Positions 1 through 9,683 of a DNA stretch of 64,000 nucleotides are shown here, one piece after another (position 1 is the stretch's first letter; each line of letters begins with the position of its first letter). A program made the position numbers and the translations under genes. The stretch lies in IMG/VR virus record IMGVR_UViG_3300037512_001142, positions 22,733-86,732 of that record. One strand, 5' to 3'. The DNA is from a virus. Its lineage: Duplodnaviria > Caudoviricetes. The notes under the pieces were generated by a model. The model worked only from the letters and a program-made list of their open reading frames with translations, was not told where the DNA came from and searched no databases.

Positions 1-1632
1 CTCGCATATATCCATGTAACGAATACCAATTTACACTTCCAGTATTTCCTTCTCGATAAGCTCGGACGAACCCAGGAAATTCCACGTTATAAGTATACTT
101 GGAATCTCTTCGACCCTTATGCTGTTAGAAAAGTTAAGAATGATATGGGTGTTAGCCACATCTGGGAAATCGATGAAACAATTTTCGCTGATGCATTATT
201 CTTCCCGTTCAATACAGTAGACGCTCAGTATAAGCATGACTGGTCTCGTTATAATGCATACGGTGAAGATTTTGGACCTGGTGGTGCCGCAGCTCCGACT
301 AATGAATATGCAGTACGTTTCCTCAATGGTCGTGCCTATGACGATTTACCGACTGAAGATGGTACAAAACCGTATTTCAATATAAACAATAGCCATGTTG
401 ACGATAACATTGATACTCTCTTGTCTAATGGTTATGCAGACGCTTCCAAGAATTCCTACAATAATCTTTTCAACATCGAAGAAAAGTTAAAGCGTTCTTT
501 CTGTAAGAAAATCAAAATTCAATTCTGCTATCTTACTATCGTCAATGACCATAGCGATGAAGAAAATGAGTTAAGACTGTTTGCAAATAAAGTCCAGTTA
601 ACAGATGCTCCAGAGTTGATTAATACTATCAACCCGGTAGATCTTACATTTACTATTGAAAACAAAGCTCATACCTTAGATACATATAAATTTGTCGATT
701 ACTTCCTTGGAAAATATGACGCTACAACGGTAAGTGCCTTCGGCTTCGAGGGTGATCCTGCCGATTGCTGGAAAACTTATGAATTCGAACTTGGCACTAT
801 CGCTGACATCGTTTCCGATACTAATGGTTTCTGGCTTAAACTAAAGAGCAATGCTCAATCTATCTTGTCAGAACTTGGTATTGAACCGACGTTCAATGAA
901 GATACTCATTACAATGCAGATGTCAACTATCGCCCAATTTGCTTGCTCGCAAAGATTGAAGATTTCCGTATCGCGCTCGGTACCGATTACTTGACTTATG
1001 AAGAACCTGAAGAAGTTGAAAATCCGCCTGTACCAGATGAACCATTAGAAGATATTGAATCTACTTATACTGACCGTAAGTATTTAGTTATAAAAGGCGA
1101 TAAGACTTATGTTCCGCCAGTATTCGAACTTGCATGGTTTGCCGCTAGTAATGATACGAACTATTACCTTTTGAAAAAAGGTGGTAATAGACAGAATAAG
1201 ACTGATTGGATTGAAATTTTCAGAAAGTCTAATTTCACGTTTACCGCACATGATAGCGAAAATGAATATCCAAATACTATAGCAACATATATTTCCCGTA
1301 AAGGTGATACAGTTTATGATAATCATGCTAGAGAAGACTGGAATCTGTTGATATTGGATGATGACCACTGGCCGATTGTTGAAAACTTGGGTGATATTGA
1401 ATTAGATGAACAAGGACGACCAATAGTCATTGTTGAAATAAGATATGGTGAAACAATTTGGTATTCTGATGAAGATTTAGGTGAAAACGATTCTGGACAG
1501 CACTTTATGGTTGTAGAAAAATCCAGAAAAGATGGTATAACTACAATCATATTTAGAATATCAGATAACACAAATCCAGACTTTAGCTTACAAGAAGCCG
1601 ATGGTGAATTCGCAATATCTTATCAAGAATAA
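1..1632 (+). CDS. hypothetical (probably virion-associated) protein, 5'-truncated by the window edge
   Basis: Frame 1 is open from base 1 through the listed ATG at 145 to the stop at 1632, so the true start is probably upstream of the window. Acidic; no recognisable motif. Confidence 0.6.
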   Translation, partial: LAYIHVTNTNLHFQYFLLDKLGRTQEIPRYKYTWNLFDPYAVRKVKNDMGVSHIWEIDETIFADALFFPFNTVDAQYKHDWSRYNAYGEDFGPGGAAAPTNEYAVRFLNGRAYDDLPTEDGTKPYFNINNSHVDDNIDTLLSNGYADASKNSYNNLFNIEEKLKRSFCKKIKIQFCYLTIVNDHSDEENELRLFANKVQLTDAPELINTINPVDLTFTIENKAHTLDTYKFVDYFLGKYDATTVSAFGFEGDPADCWKTYEFELGTIADIVSDTNGFWLKLKSNAQSILSELGIEPTFNEDTHYNADVNYRPICLLAKIEDFRIALGTDYLTYEEPEEVENPPVPDEPLEDIESTYTDRKYLVIKGDKTYVPPVFELAWFAASNDTNYYLLKKGGNRQNKTDWIEIFRKSNFTFTAHDSENEYPNTIATYISRKGDTVYDNHAREDWNLLILDDDHWPIVENLGDIELDEQGRPIVIVEIRYGETIWYSDEDLGENDSGQHFMVVEKSRKDGITTIIFRISDNTNPDFSLQEADGEFAISYQE

Positions 1633-1634
1633 TA

Positions 1635-1660
1635 AAAAGGAGCTTTAAAGCTCCTTTTTA
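1635..1660. terminator. bidirectional rho-independent terminator
   Basis: AAAAAGGAGC-TTTAAA-GCTCCTTTTT inverted repeat between convergent genes. Confidence 0.8.
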
Positions 1661-3013
1661 TTATTTACTCGGAATAAACGGCTTTGGTTCTGATTTATCG
1701 TATTTACCGCTGTAAGTAATACCTTGTGTTTTTGTATCGAAATTGAAATTCATACTACTTACAGTTCCTTCTTCCGTATATGACGTATAATATGCAGAAT
1801 ATGTATTGAAATATTTGTCATACATGGTCTTGATACCGAATTTAATTGTATCGTCATCGTTATCACCAAAACCAGATAATGACATATATTCCTTATCGAT
1901 TTTCCATGTGTCAATATACGGGACATCTACAATCTGATATGCACCTGCTGACGGTACATATTGTTCTTCTGGGTATGTTATATGGGCAGAAGCTGGACAC
2001 CATCTCTTAGTTTCCTTGACAAGAAGTTTGGAGTCTTCTTCATACGTCGTTAATTGCTCCGTACGCGTGTAGAAATACTCCGTTGTCTGAGTCAGGGTTT
2101 CATCATCCCAGGTAACAACGGGCTGTCCAGAAAGCACGTATGCGCTCGTAACGAGCGTTCCATAAACCTTAGAGAAGTCATGTGGCGAATCAATCGTTCC
2201 ATTCGGATTTCCAAATACTTGTGCATGCCACAAACTACCGGCAGTATGTTCGGCCTGTAAGAACGTATTGATTTTCGTGATAATCTGAGCAGTCTTAATC
2301 GGCAAGTAATAAACAGCTTCGATAGTAAACGAAATTGTTCCAGTAATCTCACGACGGTCTTCTTCACCCATGGCATCATTATCAATCTGAATACCAGGAT
2401 CATTCATCTTGAGCTTAATAGAACGACGCTTATTGAAGAACCAGAATTCCTTTACCGACAAGAATGCGGCTGGACGGAATCTTGGAATTATCTGTTCATT
2501 AAGCTGGTTCAAGTCATCAATCTTTTCGCAATGGAAAATCATTGATACGTCAATATTTACCGGAGCCGGCTGAACGTCAGACCAGAACTGTTCTTCCATA
2601 TCGTATTCGATACCAGCTTTAGTCAATACATCATTATAGAAAGCACGAGTCTCATAAACGCCGGAATCACGGTCAGCTGCATAACTAACCTTGTCAAGCT
2701 TATAGGTAATATTCGGCAAAGATAAATAAGCCTTATCTCCAGATTCCTGTTCGGTTCTGAAGTCATGAGACTTCTGTCTTGGACCATATTTAATTGGAAC
2801 GTTAATCCACTTTTCTACTTCCTGGTTTTCATTTCTTCGACCGACATACATATCGTTAAAGAAATTACCGAATGCGGTCATAATGGCACGGGTCGTATCT
2901 GCAAAATAGTAATTGGTTGGATAACCAAAATTCTTTTTTGTAGGGTCACCGGCCTTATGATAACCGACCAAATGCGGTTTAAATCCAGGCTGTTTATAAT
3001 TTATCATTGCCAT
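1661..3013 (-). CDS. gp15: T4 gp15-like tail sheath stabiliser / tail completion protein with C-terminal extension
   Basis: Motifs VPIKYGPRQK, LPNITYKLDKVSYAADR and PAPVNIDVSMIFHCEKIDDLNQLNEQIIPRF match the gp15 pattern (VP..Y.P..K; LP...F....I.YD..R; P.P.N....L........DD..QI.EQILP.F). Confidence 0.85.
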   Translation of the reverse strand: MAMINYKQPGFKPHLVGYHKAGDPTKKNFGYPTNYYFADTTRAIMTAFGNFFNDMYVGRRNENQEVEKWINVPIKYGPRQKSHDFRTEQESGDKAYLSLPNITYKLDKVSYAADRDSGVYETRAFYNDVLTKAGIEYDMEEQFWSDVQPAPVNIDVSMIFHCEKIDDLNQLNEQIIPRFRPAAFLSVKEFWFFNKRRSIKLKMNDPGIQIDNDAMGEEDRREITGTISFTIEAVYYLPIKTAQIITKINTFLQAEHTAGSLWHAQVFGNPNGTIDSPHDFSKVYGTLVTSAYVLSGQPVVTWDDETLTQTTEYFYTRTEQLTTYEEDSKLLVKETKRWCPASAHITYPEEQYVPSAGAYQIVDVPYIDTWKIDKEYMSLSGFGDNDDDTIKFGIKTMYDKYFNTYSAYYTSYTEEGTVSSMNFNFDTKTQGITYSGKYDKSEPKPFIPSK

Positions 3014-3023
3014 GAATTACCTA

Positions 3024-3446
3024 TTACGAGAATTTAGAAATTAAACCGTATTCAGCTTCGAGAGTTTCAAGTGTACCAGTAATTAAACTGTTAATTGCCG
3101 GCTGAGCTTCGAACTTCTTTCCAATAACAGCCAAGTCATCATTGTACTTACGGAGCTTGCGAAGTGCATTTTCCGGATTATAAATCTTTCCGTCAACATC
3201 CGAAGGAATCGGGTTGATAGAGAACGCTTCCTTTGCAAGGCAGATTTCAACAAGAGCATCCGCAAAGTCACGAAGCTTCTCATAAACCGTCTGGAAATGA
3301 GTATGATGGAATCCGCTATCACATGACCAGTGATAAATATGAACCTGGTTGGCAAAGTTAAGAGTTTCGACAGCAAAAGTAAACAACGACTTGATGTCGG
3401 AAGAATTCTTATCTTTCAAATATGTTAAAAAATTTTCCTTATCCAT
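3024..3446 (-). CDS. small ferritin/Dps-like four-helix protein (DUF5856-like, common in T4-like phages)
   Basis: QVHIYHW...HHTHFQTVYEKLRDFADALVE resembles the H..HW...H..L...YE......D.LAE ferritin-like pattern. Confidence 0.6.
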   Translation of the reverse strand: MDKENFLTYLKDKNSSDIKSLFTFAVETLNFANQVHIYHWSCDSGFHHTHFQTVYEKLRDFADALVEICLAKEAFSINPIPSDVDGKIYNPENALRKLRKYNDDLAVIGKKFEAQPAINSLITGTLETLEAEYGLISKFS

Positions 3447-3465
3447 TTTTAAAACCTCTTATTAT

Positions 3466-5652
3466 TTATTTGATTCTACCTTCTGCATAAGCTATACGAG
3501 CTTCTTCATTAAGCTTCTCGATTAGCAATCCTTCATTCTTAATTTTTCCCTTCTTAAGCTCTTCATGATAACGCTTCGCGGCATATTCTGCAATTTTTCT
3601 TTCGCGTTCCGTATCAAAGCCTTGGGCTTCATAAGTAACAGTTTTCGTAGTTACACCATTCTCTGTTTTTACAGCAACAGAAGTCTTCGTATTCGAAGAA
3701 GAATTGGATCCAGAAGCAAGATTTTCCTTCGGTTTAACTGGCTGAGATTCCTGCTTCTTCATGCCTTCAGCTGTCGCCAATACCGGTTTAGAATCGTTTT
3801 CTTTCTGTTGTGCCATGGCGAGTGCTGCCTGATATGCTTCTGACGAACCATTGCTTCCGCCGTTAGACGACGCAATTACAGGCTGGCGATAACCGCCAGT
3901 TTTCGACTGCGCCAAGGCTTCAGTCTTCTTTGCGTCTTCTGCAGCAACACGATTATCGTGACGTTCCTTCAGACCATTCCAGTCTTTCTGGTTAACAATA
4001 GCCTGTGCTGCCTTATGTTCTTCCGTTGTATATCCGGCTTCCTTAGTATTTTCAATACGAGGCTTACCGTTATCATAAGTTCCACGCATCATCTGATATG
4101 CGAGTTCGTCTACACGGTCATTATCATTAGAAGTTACAGCATTGGACTTCGTAGATTCCTTAGAAACCGTCGAAGTCTTTTCTGTTGCTTCACTCAAATC
4201 CTTAGCATTGGCAAGATTTGCAGCATTACGAAGTCTTTGTTCTTCAGCGGCTCTTGCAGTCTTCAAATCGCCTTCCTTAGATTCAATATCAGCAAGCTGC
4301 TTGTTGAGAGAATCCAAATTGCTTCTCATTTCTTTCAACTTTTCATTGGATTCACTTCTGTTCTTAATTGCGGTATCAAGAGCCTTGCTCTTTTCTTCAC
4401 GCGCTTCTGCCCTTTCTTTATAGCCCTTATGCTTTACATTTCCGCTATATTCTTCATCATATGCCTTCAATGCCGTGCCATGTGCATTTATCAATTTCTG
4501 ATGAGTTTCTTCTTGCTGTTTAATAGCTTCTTCCTGGGCCTCGATTGTCTTTTCAAGAACTTCCTTCTGGGACGACAATTCAACTTCCTTAGACTTAATG
4601 TCCTTCAATTCCTTAGAAGTTGTTGCAGCAGACTTAGTAGAACTGGTCTTGATTTCATTTGCCTTGGCTTCCGGAGTAGTCGTTTCTCCACCAGCAACAC
4701 GAGCATCATGACGGGCTTTGAGTCCTTCCCAATCCTTCTGATTAACAATAGCCTGTGCAGCCTTGATTTCTTCGTCAGTATAACCTGCAGCCTTTGCAGC
4801 TTCTTTACGTGCCTTACCATTTCCAAGCTCACCACGCATCATCTGATATGCAAGCTCGTCAATCTTATCATCCTGCTTATTAACAGGAGTATCGACCGCC
4901 TTCGTATTATTTTCCGCGGTTTCAATATCTTCGTTTGCAGGTTCTTCAGGCTGGCGTTCAAGTGCAGAAGCCTTGCTTTCTGTCGGTTTTTCAGGAGGTG
5001 TCGGAAGAACATCGACATGTGCGCCAAACAATTTATCAGACGTATCGATAATTTCCTGTTCGTAATCCTGAATAAAGGACTGATACGAAAATGTAAGAGA
5101 CCACTTACAAATATCTGTACTACTGTAATCAAGAGTATACTTGTTGTAAGAAGACAGTTTCAAATTCTTAAACTTATAGTAATAAAGTTGCTTTGTAAAA
5201 TCATTGGAATGAACGGTTATAGTAAGTTCCGGAATATAATCATTCAGCTTATATGAAAACGAGGCTGCATCAAACAACTTTGAAAGAAAAATGTTTACGA
5301 GCAATTCGACAACGCCGACATAATTTGTTCCCGTATCTGTATATCGCTCAACGACATGCTCGATAAGGTCTATCTTCAAATCTTCAGGTTTTTCATAATC
5401 CGGATATACAAAAACACGCGAATTGTTACCGTATTTGTATGTTTCAGATTTCAATGCAACTTCTGGTAGGGTTACGTTAATGCATTCTGGCAACTTTACA
5501 GTCATCAAGTCAGCATTTGCCCATTTATAATTTCCAATAACGCCTATAAATTTGGCAAGATCCACATCGGTGAGCTTAACATCGACCGTATATGAATCCG
5601 AAAGCTTCACCGTTCTATTTTTATAAAAATCATAAACGTTACATAAACCCAT
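3466..5652 (-). CDS. tail-tube-fold (gp54/gp48-like) protein with coiled coil and two CW_7-like peptidoglycan-binding repeats
   Basis: The N-terminal ~195 aa show the tube-fold pattern (VTLPEVALKSETYKYG...YKFKNLKLSSYNKYTLDYS...WSLTFSY). Two repeats DELAYQMMRG..[G/D]NGK.R....K.AGYT.EE.KAAQAIVNQKDW.GLK.RHD.RVA flank a coiled-coil segment. Confidence 0.7.
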   Translation of the reverse strand: MGLCNVYDFYKNRTVKLSDSYTVDVKLTDVDLAKFIGVIGNYKWANADLMTVKLPECINVTLPEVALKSETYKYGNNSRVFVYPDYEKPEDLKIDLIEHVVERYTDTGTNYVGVVELLVNIFLSKLFDAASFSYKLNDYIPELTITVHSNDFTKQLYYYKFKNLKLSSYNKYTLDYSSTDICKWSLTFSYQSFIQDYEQEIIDTSDKLFGAHVDVLPTPPEKPTESKASALERQPEEPANEDIETAENNTKAVDTPVNKQDDKIDELAYQMMRGELGNGKARKEAAKAAGYTDEEIKAAQAIVNQKDWEGLKARHDARVAGGETTTPEAKANEIKTSSTKSAATTSKELKDIKSKEVELSSQKEVLEKTIEAQEEAIKQQEETHQKLINAHGTALKAYDEEYSGNVKHKGYKERAEAREEKSKALDTAIKNRSESNEKLKEMRSNLDSLNKQLADIESKEGDLKTARAAEEQRLRNAANLANAKDLSEATEKTSTVSKESTKSNAVTSNDNDRVDELAYQMMRGTYDNGKPRIENTKEAGYTTEEHKAAQAIVNQKDWNGLKERHDNRVAAEDAKKTEALAQSKTGGYRQPVIASSNGGSNGSSEAYQAALAMAQQKENDSKPVLATAEGMKKQESQPVKPKENLASGSNSSSNTKTSVAVKTENGVTTKTVTYEAQGFDTERERKIAEYAAKRYHEELKKGKIKNEGLLIEKLNEEARIAYAEGRIK

Positions 5653-5656
5653 GTTA

Positions 5657-5668
5657 TATTTATAAATA
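5657..5668. promoter_or_regulatory. back-to-back T4-type late promoters (palindromic TATTTATAAATA)
   Basis: TATAAATA on both strands, each 4 nt from the ATG of the divergent genes (5652 and 5673). Confidence 0.85.
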
Positions 5669-5672
5669 ATGT

Positions 5673-6533
5673 ATGGATTTCAACAGTTTAAATAAGCTCC
5701 TTTCAGAATTCTGGACTCCTCAAAAATGCGGAAAACACAAAGATATTGCTAACCAGCATGGTATGCTTTTATTGAAACATTTGAAGACTTCTCCAGAAGC
5801 CTTTTTCGAATTTTTGAATAAGAATACATTTAAATTCCAGAATATCAGCGGGATTTCCTGGTCTGATTTTTTGACCAGATCCGGCTTGAACGGTTATCTG
5901 AATGATGGCTATATTGAAGATGCATTAAAAGTTACAACATCTCGTCCAGCTATCGGTAAAGGTGAATTCCTGTTTGTTTCATCTTTCAGCAATGTCTGTT
6001 TTACCGGAAAAGAAGGTGACTTAATCGATATAAGTCAAGGAGCAAGAATTGAAGTCAAGGGTGTTCGTGCCGAAATTTGCGGCGACGGTATCAAGTATAA
6101 GCAGATGAATAATGATGTTCTTTCTACTGCTTTCGGAGTTTATGATACGGGAACCAATTACCGTTATTTCAACCGTGATTGTGCCCGTGAACTTGAAGAA
6201 CTTATCAGACATACGAACAGTGACCAGAGCAAGCTTTCTCAGCTTCTTTGTAGACTTCAAAATATCTCTTCTGAATCCTTGGCTATCGCACAAAAATTCG
6301 CCAAGCTCTATCAGTACACTTTGTCCGATAATAACCTTTTCAATATTGTCGGCGCAATGCAACTCCATATATATTTAAAGAACGTCAAGTATCTTTTGAT
6401 GGTCAATAATACCGGTTTCAAATGTTTTGAAAATGACGGACGACCGGAAACACTTTTGAAATTTATCTCTGACGAAAAGATTAAGCTTTCTTCTTGGGAA
6501 ACCGGCGCAAAAGGAATGGAAATAGGAATCTAA
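5673..6533 (+). CDS. putative PD-(D/E)xK-fold nuclease-like protein
   Basis: GKGEF...GDLIDISQGARIEVKG matches a G.GE...GD...EVK nuclease-like signature. Catalytic status is unverified. Confidence 0.45.
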   Translation: MDFNSLNKLLSEFWTPQKCGKHKDIANQHGMLLLKHLKTSPEAFFEFLNKNTFKFQNISGISWSDFLTRSGLNGYLNDGYIEDALKVTTSRPAIGKGEFLFVSSFSNVCFTGKEGDLIDISQGARIEVKGVRAEICGDGIKYKQMNNDVLSTAFGVYDTGTNYRYFNRDCARELEELIRHTNSDQSKLSQLLCRLQNISSESLAIAQKFAKLYQYTLSDNNLFNIVGAMQLHIYLKNVKYLLMVNNTGFKCFENDGRPETLLKFISDEKIKLSSWETGAKGMEIGI

Positions 6534-6534
6534 T

Positions 6535-7941
6535 ATGGTTACTGGTAAAAAGATAATTTACAGTATTACTGACGCCGACGAAAACAACCGTCTAACCAGA
6601 ACTAATGCCCTCTGTGACATAGTTGTGTTATACGATTTCAACGAAAAAGAAAAGTCGGGTGTTCTTATTCCAACCGAAAAACTCGAATCTTTCACATTGA
6701 ATGAAAATATATTCGGTGCTCTTCCAAAATTACGTTTAAAGTTCTTTGATACTGGTGAATATTTCAAGAAGATAAATTTTGTAATTGGTAAAAAATTATA
6801 TCTAAAAATTACTCCGCGTCCAGCAGAAAATATGAAACTCGATTTCGTTCCCGCACCGTATATCGAGACTGTTTTTACTGTTCAAGAAGTTCAGACAACC
6901 TTTCAACCAAATATTCGTTATAACTATACTCTTGACTGTACCTATGGTTCTTTATCGTTCTTGAGCAAAATCTGTTTCTGGCCAAAAAGAATGCCGCCTT
7001 TAGATATTACTCCAGAATATCTCTCCAGCAAAGATGTTCTCTTGAAGGTTGCAGGCGAAGCAGGTTTCAATAAGCCTACATCTCAGCTTACCAGCGAACC
7101 GCAAGATAAAATGAACTGGTTAAGTACAAACTATACCTATGACCAGTTTATCAAGAAAATCGTAAGTCATGCATGGATTGACGAGGATGACGCACCATTC
7201 TATTATGTTGACAAGAATGGTACATTCTATCTTTCTTCTCTTAGAACCTGCGGTGAAAAAGCCGTTGTCGGAAGATACATGGAAATTACGAAATTACACC
7301 AGCTACAGCTTAAGAATAAAAACATTGAATCCAATTATAGAGGATATGCTGAAGGTTCCGTTCAAAATATGGGCTTTATGGCAAACGATGGTGGTAATGT
7401 AGCTGGAACTTATGTATTTAATCCGATGCATACTCCGATTATGGATCCACGTTACTTGAAACCGACAAGTACGCATACGATTATTCCATCATTTGACATG
7501 ACTGTGCATTATAGAAAATATACTTCTAGCTCTACTACTCCTGCATTTGTCAATGGTCTCGATAACCGTTCGGATGCAAGTGTTGCCAATATGAAATATT
7601 TGAATAATGCTTTCCACTTTATGGAAAACCACCAGTTCTATGATGTTGCACCAGGACATAATAAAGCACTTATTAGACGTTTCTTCCAGGTATTTGCTGA
7701 TATTGTCTACAACTGTAATAACCAGACAAAACGTGACTTTGAAGAAAACCAGCGTGTCAAATTATCTGATAAGATAAATATCGAATTCTCTTCTGGACTT
7801 ACTCAAAATGATACTTCGATTCATACTGGTGATTATATTGTTGCTGATTTAACCCATACCTGGACGGTTGGTGGTGCATACACCATAAATATTATCGGTG
7901 TTCGTGATACTATCACGAAGGAAGGAAGTTTAATTAAGTAA
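6535..7941 (+). CDS. probable baseplate hub protein (gp27/VgrG-N-like)
   Basis: Size, position directly before a gp5-like gene, and the segment QFIKKIVSHAW...PFYYVDKNGTFYLSSL, typical of hub/late-control-D proteins. Confidence 0.55.
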   Translation: MVTGKKIIYSITDADENNRLTRTNALCDIVVLYDFNEKEKSGVLIPTEKLESFTLNENIFGALPKLRLKFFDTGEYFKKINFVIGKKLYLKITPRPAENMKLDFVPAPYIETVFTVQEVQTTFQPNIRYNYTLDCTYGSLSFLSKICFWPKRMPPLDITPEYLSSKDVLLKVAGEAGFNKPTSQLTSEPQDKMNWLSTNYTYDQFIKKIVSHAWIDEDDAPFYYVDKNGTFYLSSLRTCGEKAVVGRYMEITKLHQLQLKNKNIESNYRGYAEGSVQNMGFMANDGGNVAGTYVFNPMHTPIMDPRYLKPTSTHTIIPSFDMTVHYRKYTSSSTTPAFVNGLDNRSDASVANMKYLNNAFHFMENHQFYDVAPGHNKALIRRFFQVFADIVYNCNNQTKRDFEENQRVKLSDKINIEFSSGLTQNDTSIHTGDYIVADLTHTWTVGGAYTINIIGVRDTITKEGSLIK

Positions 7942-7950
7942 GGTGAATAT

Positions 7951-8724
7951 ATGACAAATGACAGTGAACTCTATAAACGTTTTCGCGAAAACTTTGGTAA
8001 AAGTTTTGATGACTTTTTAAATGGCGCATATAACGAAGAATTACAAGAAGATAATAACCGTTGGACCGGTTATGTTATCGATAATTATGACCCTACTTTT
8101 AGAGGTCGTGTAAAAGTTCTCGTTATCGGTAAATATGATGATATTCCGGAAGCTTCTCTTCCATGGGCAGTTCCCGATATTTCATATCTCGGTTCAAAGG
8201 CCGGTAATTTTATCGTTCCTGAAACAGGTACTGTCGTTCGCGGATATTTTGATCACGGTGATATTCAAAAACCCATTTTCGATTCCGTAGCATATAGCGA
8301 AGATAATATTCTGAATTCGCAAGCAGCAGTTAGAAACCCGGCAGAATATCCGGATAAGATGATTCTTATGCAGACTGATATGGGTGAATGTCTTACCGTC
8401 AATAGACGAACTGGTGAAACCAAATTTGTTCATCGCTCTGGTACGACGATTTCGATTAGTCCTGTCGGTGATATTAAAGTTACAGCTGGTGGTGCTTCAC
8501 AGATGGCACAGGTATCGATTGAATCTGAACTTGCCGTAAATGTCAATGCCAAGTCTATGGGTCAAATCAATATCCATGCCGAAAACGGAAATATCATGGT
8601 TGACTCCGATAAGGGTCAAGTCCAGCTCGGTAAAAACCTTGCAAAACAGTTTGTCAATAACTTACCAAACTGTATCGTAACTGGCGCGCCTCATGCGGTC
8701 GGAAATACGAATGTTACATGTTAA
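7951..8724 (+). CDS. gp5: baseplate central spike, gp5-like OB-fold plus beta-helix, without a lysozyme domain
   Basis: WTGYVIDNYDPTFRGRVKVLVIG...LPWAVP...VPETGTVVRGYFDHGDIQKP is the gp5/gpV OB-fold motif. The C-terminal CIVTGAPH is a putative metal-binding tip. Confidence 0.8.
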   Translation: MTNDSELYKRFRENFGKSFDDFLNGAYNEELQEDNNRWTGYVIDNYDPTFRGRVKVLVIGKYDDIPEASLPWAVPDISYLGSKAGNFIVPETGTVVRGYFDHGDIQKPIFDSVAYSEDNILNSQAAVRNPAEYPDKMILMQTDMGECLTVNRRTGETKFVHRSGTTISISPVGDIKVTAGGASQMAQVSIESELAVNVNAKSMGQINIHAENGNIMVDSDKGQVQLGKNLAKQFVNNLPNCIVTGAPHAVGNTNVTC

Positions 8725-8756
8725 AAAGAAATCACCCATGAGGGTGATTTTTTTTA
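8725..8756. terminator. bidirectional terminator
   Basis: AAATCACCC-ATGA-GGGTGATTTTTTT. Confidence 0.75.
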
Positions 8757-9542
8757 TTTAATTATATTCCTATATTGTTCGCTGAAAGTTTCTAGTACAT
8801 TTAAATGGGATTTAATTATTCTAGCAATATCGTAAACATTGAATAGTTGAATCGGTATTCCGTCAGCGTCCTTGAAAGGTATAAAAAATTCTGATGTACA
8901 ATACAAATTGTTATATTTAATCGAATAGCTCTTTACCTTAAAATCAACGTCCGTATTTGAATTCTGAAGCAAAAAAGCACTAAGATACTTATGGACTTCC
9001 TTAATATATGACTTGGCGTCAGTGTGGAGTTCCTGCAATCCCTGGGTCAGTCTAACCTTGATTTTAACGACTGCTCCTTGTGGAGAAACAGATAAATCTA
9101 ATAGAGCAGCGTTGCTGACCGGATGTAATGCAATAATCAGGTTATTGCGGACATGTGTTACTTGACGAGAAGTCAATTTAATAGGTTTAAGTTCTTGTGC
9201 CTTGTCGATTTCATTCTTACAAATTTCGGCACATGCGTATTCATCTTCGTTTGTATCGTACAAATCAGAAATAGTATCAGTTATCTTCTTGTTATCAAGT
9301 TCGGATTCTTCATATCCCAGTTTTTCAAGAATCGTGTGTACACGTTTCTTATATTTTAAAAAGTCTGTATCAGCTGTAGCTTCGTTCATAGATTTATATA
9401 GTTTTTCAATGACTTTGGAGGCGGGAGTATCGTTAATATAGCATTCAAAAAGTTGTTCCATGTTATGATCCACAATACCCACATCGCGATGAGTTCTAGC
9501 TAAAATCTTCTTAATATTATTACAGTAATCTCCAAAAATCAT
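8754..9542 (-). CDS. hypothetical protein
   Basis: 262-aa ORF with a TATAAATA (9562-9569, minus strand) and AAGGA upstream; no family motif recognised. Confidence 0.6.
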   Translation of the reverse strand: MIFGDYCNNIKKILARTHRDVGIVDHNMEQLFECYINDTPASKVIEKLYKSMNEATADTDFLKYKKRVHTILEKLGYEESELDNKKITDTISDLYDTNEDEYACAEICKNEIDKAQELKPIKLTSRQVTHVRNNLIIALHPVSNAALLDLSVSPQGAVVKIKVRLTQGLQELHTDAKSYIKEVHKYLSAFLLQNSNTDVDFKVKSYSIKYNNLYCTSEFFIPFKDADGIPIQLFNVYDIARIIKSHLNVLETFSEQYRNIIK

Positions 9543-9572
9543 CTAGCAAATTTCCTTACTATATTTATAGTT

Positions 9573-9683
9573 TTATTTAAGGAAACCGTCTTGCCATAAT
9601 TCGTAGATTTTACCAATTTTGTCAGTTAAAACAATGCCTGTGGCCTCGTCCTGGACAGTAATTTCTTCATTCGGATCCAAACA
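9573..9683 (-). other. atypical split intein N-fragment (IntN, 36 aa)
   Basis: CLDPNEEITVQDEATGIVLTDKIGKIYELWQDGFLK-stop begins with Cys at the position where T4-like terminases continue QE[FY].C-EFLG, and has the intein block-A pattern plus KIGKIYEL. Confidence 0.8.

Noticed and set aside
8754-9542. Possible IntC-TerL C-half or homing endonuclease directly downstream of terL-N
   Set aside because: No intein C-terminal HN-C/S/T motif, no terminase nuclease acidic motifs, and no HNH/GIY-YIG/LAGLIDADG signature recognised.
9573-9683. terL truncation as a simple pseudogene or frameshift
   Set aside because: The tail is a coherent intein-like sequence starting with Cys at the known insertion site and ends at a clean TAA; the downstream DNA is a promoter and an unrelated gene. 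A frameshift is not excluded without reads but is less parsimonious.
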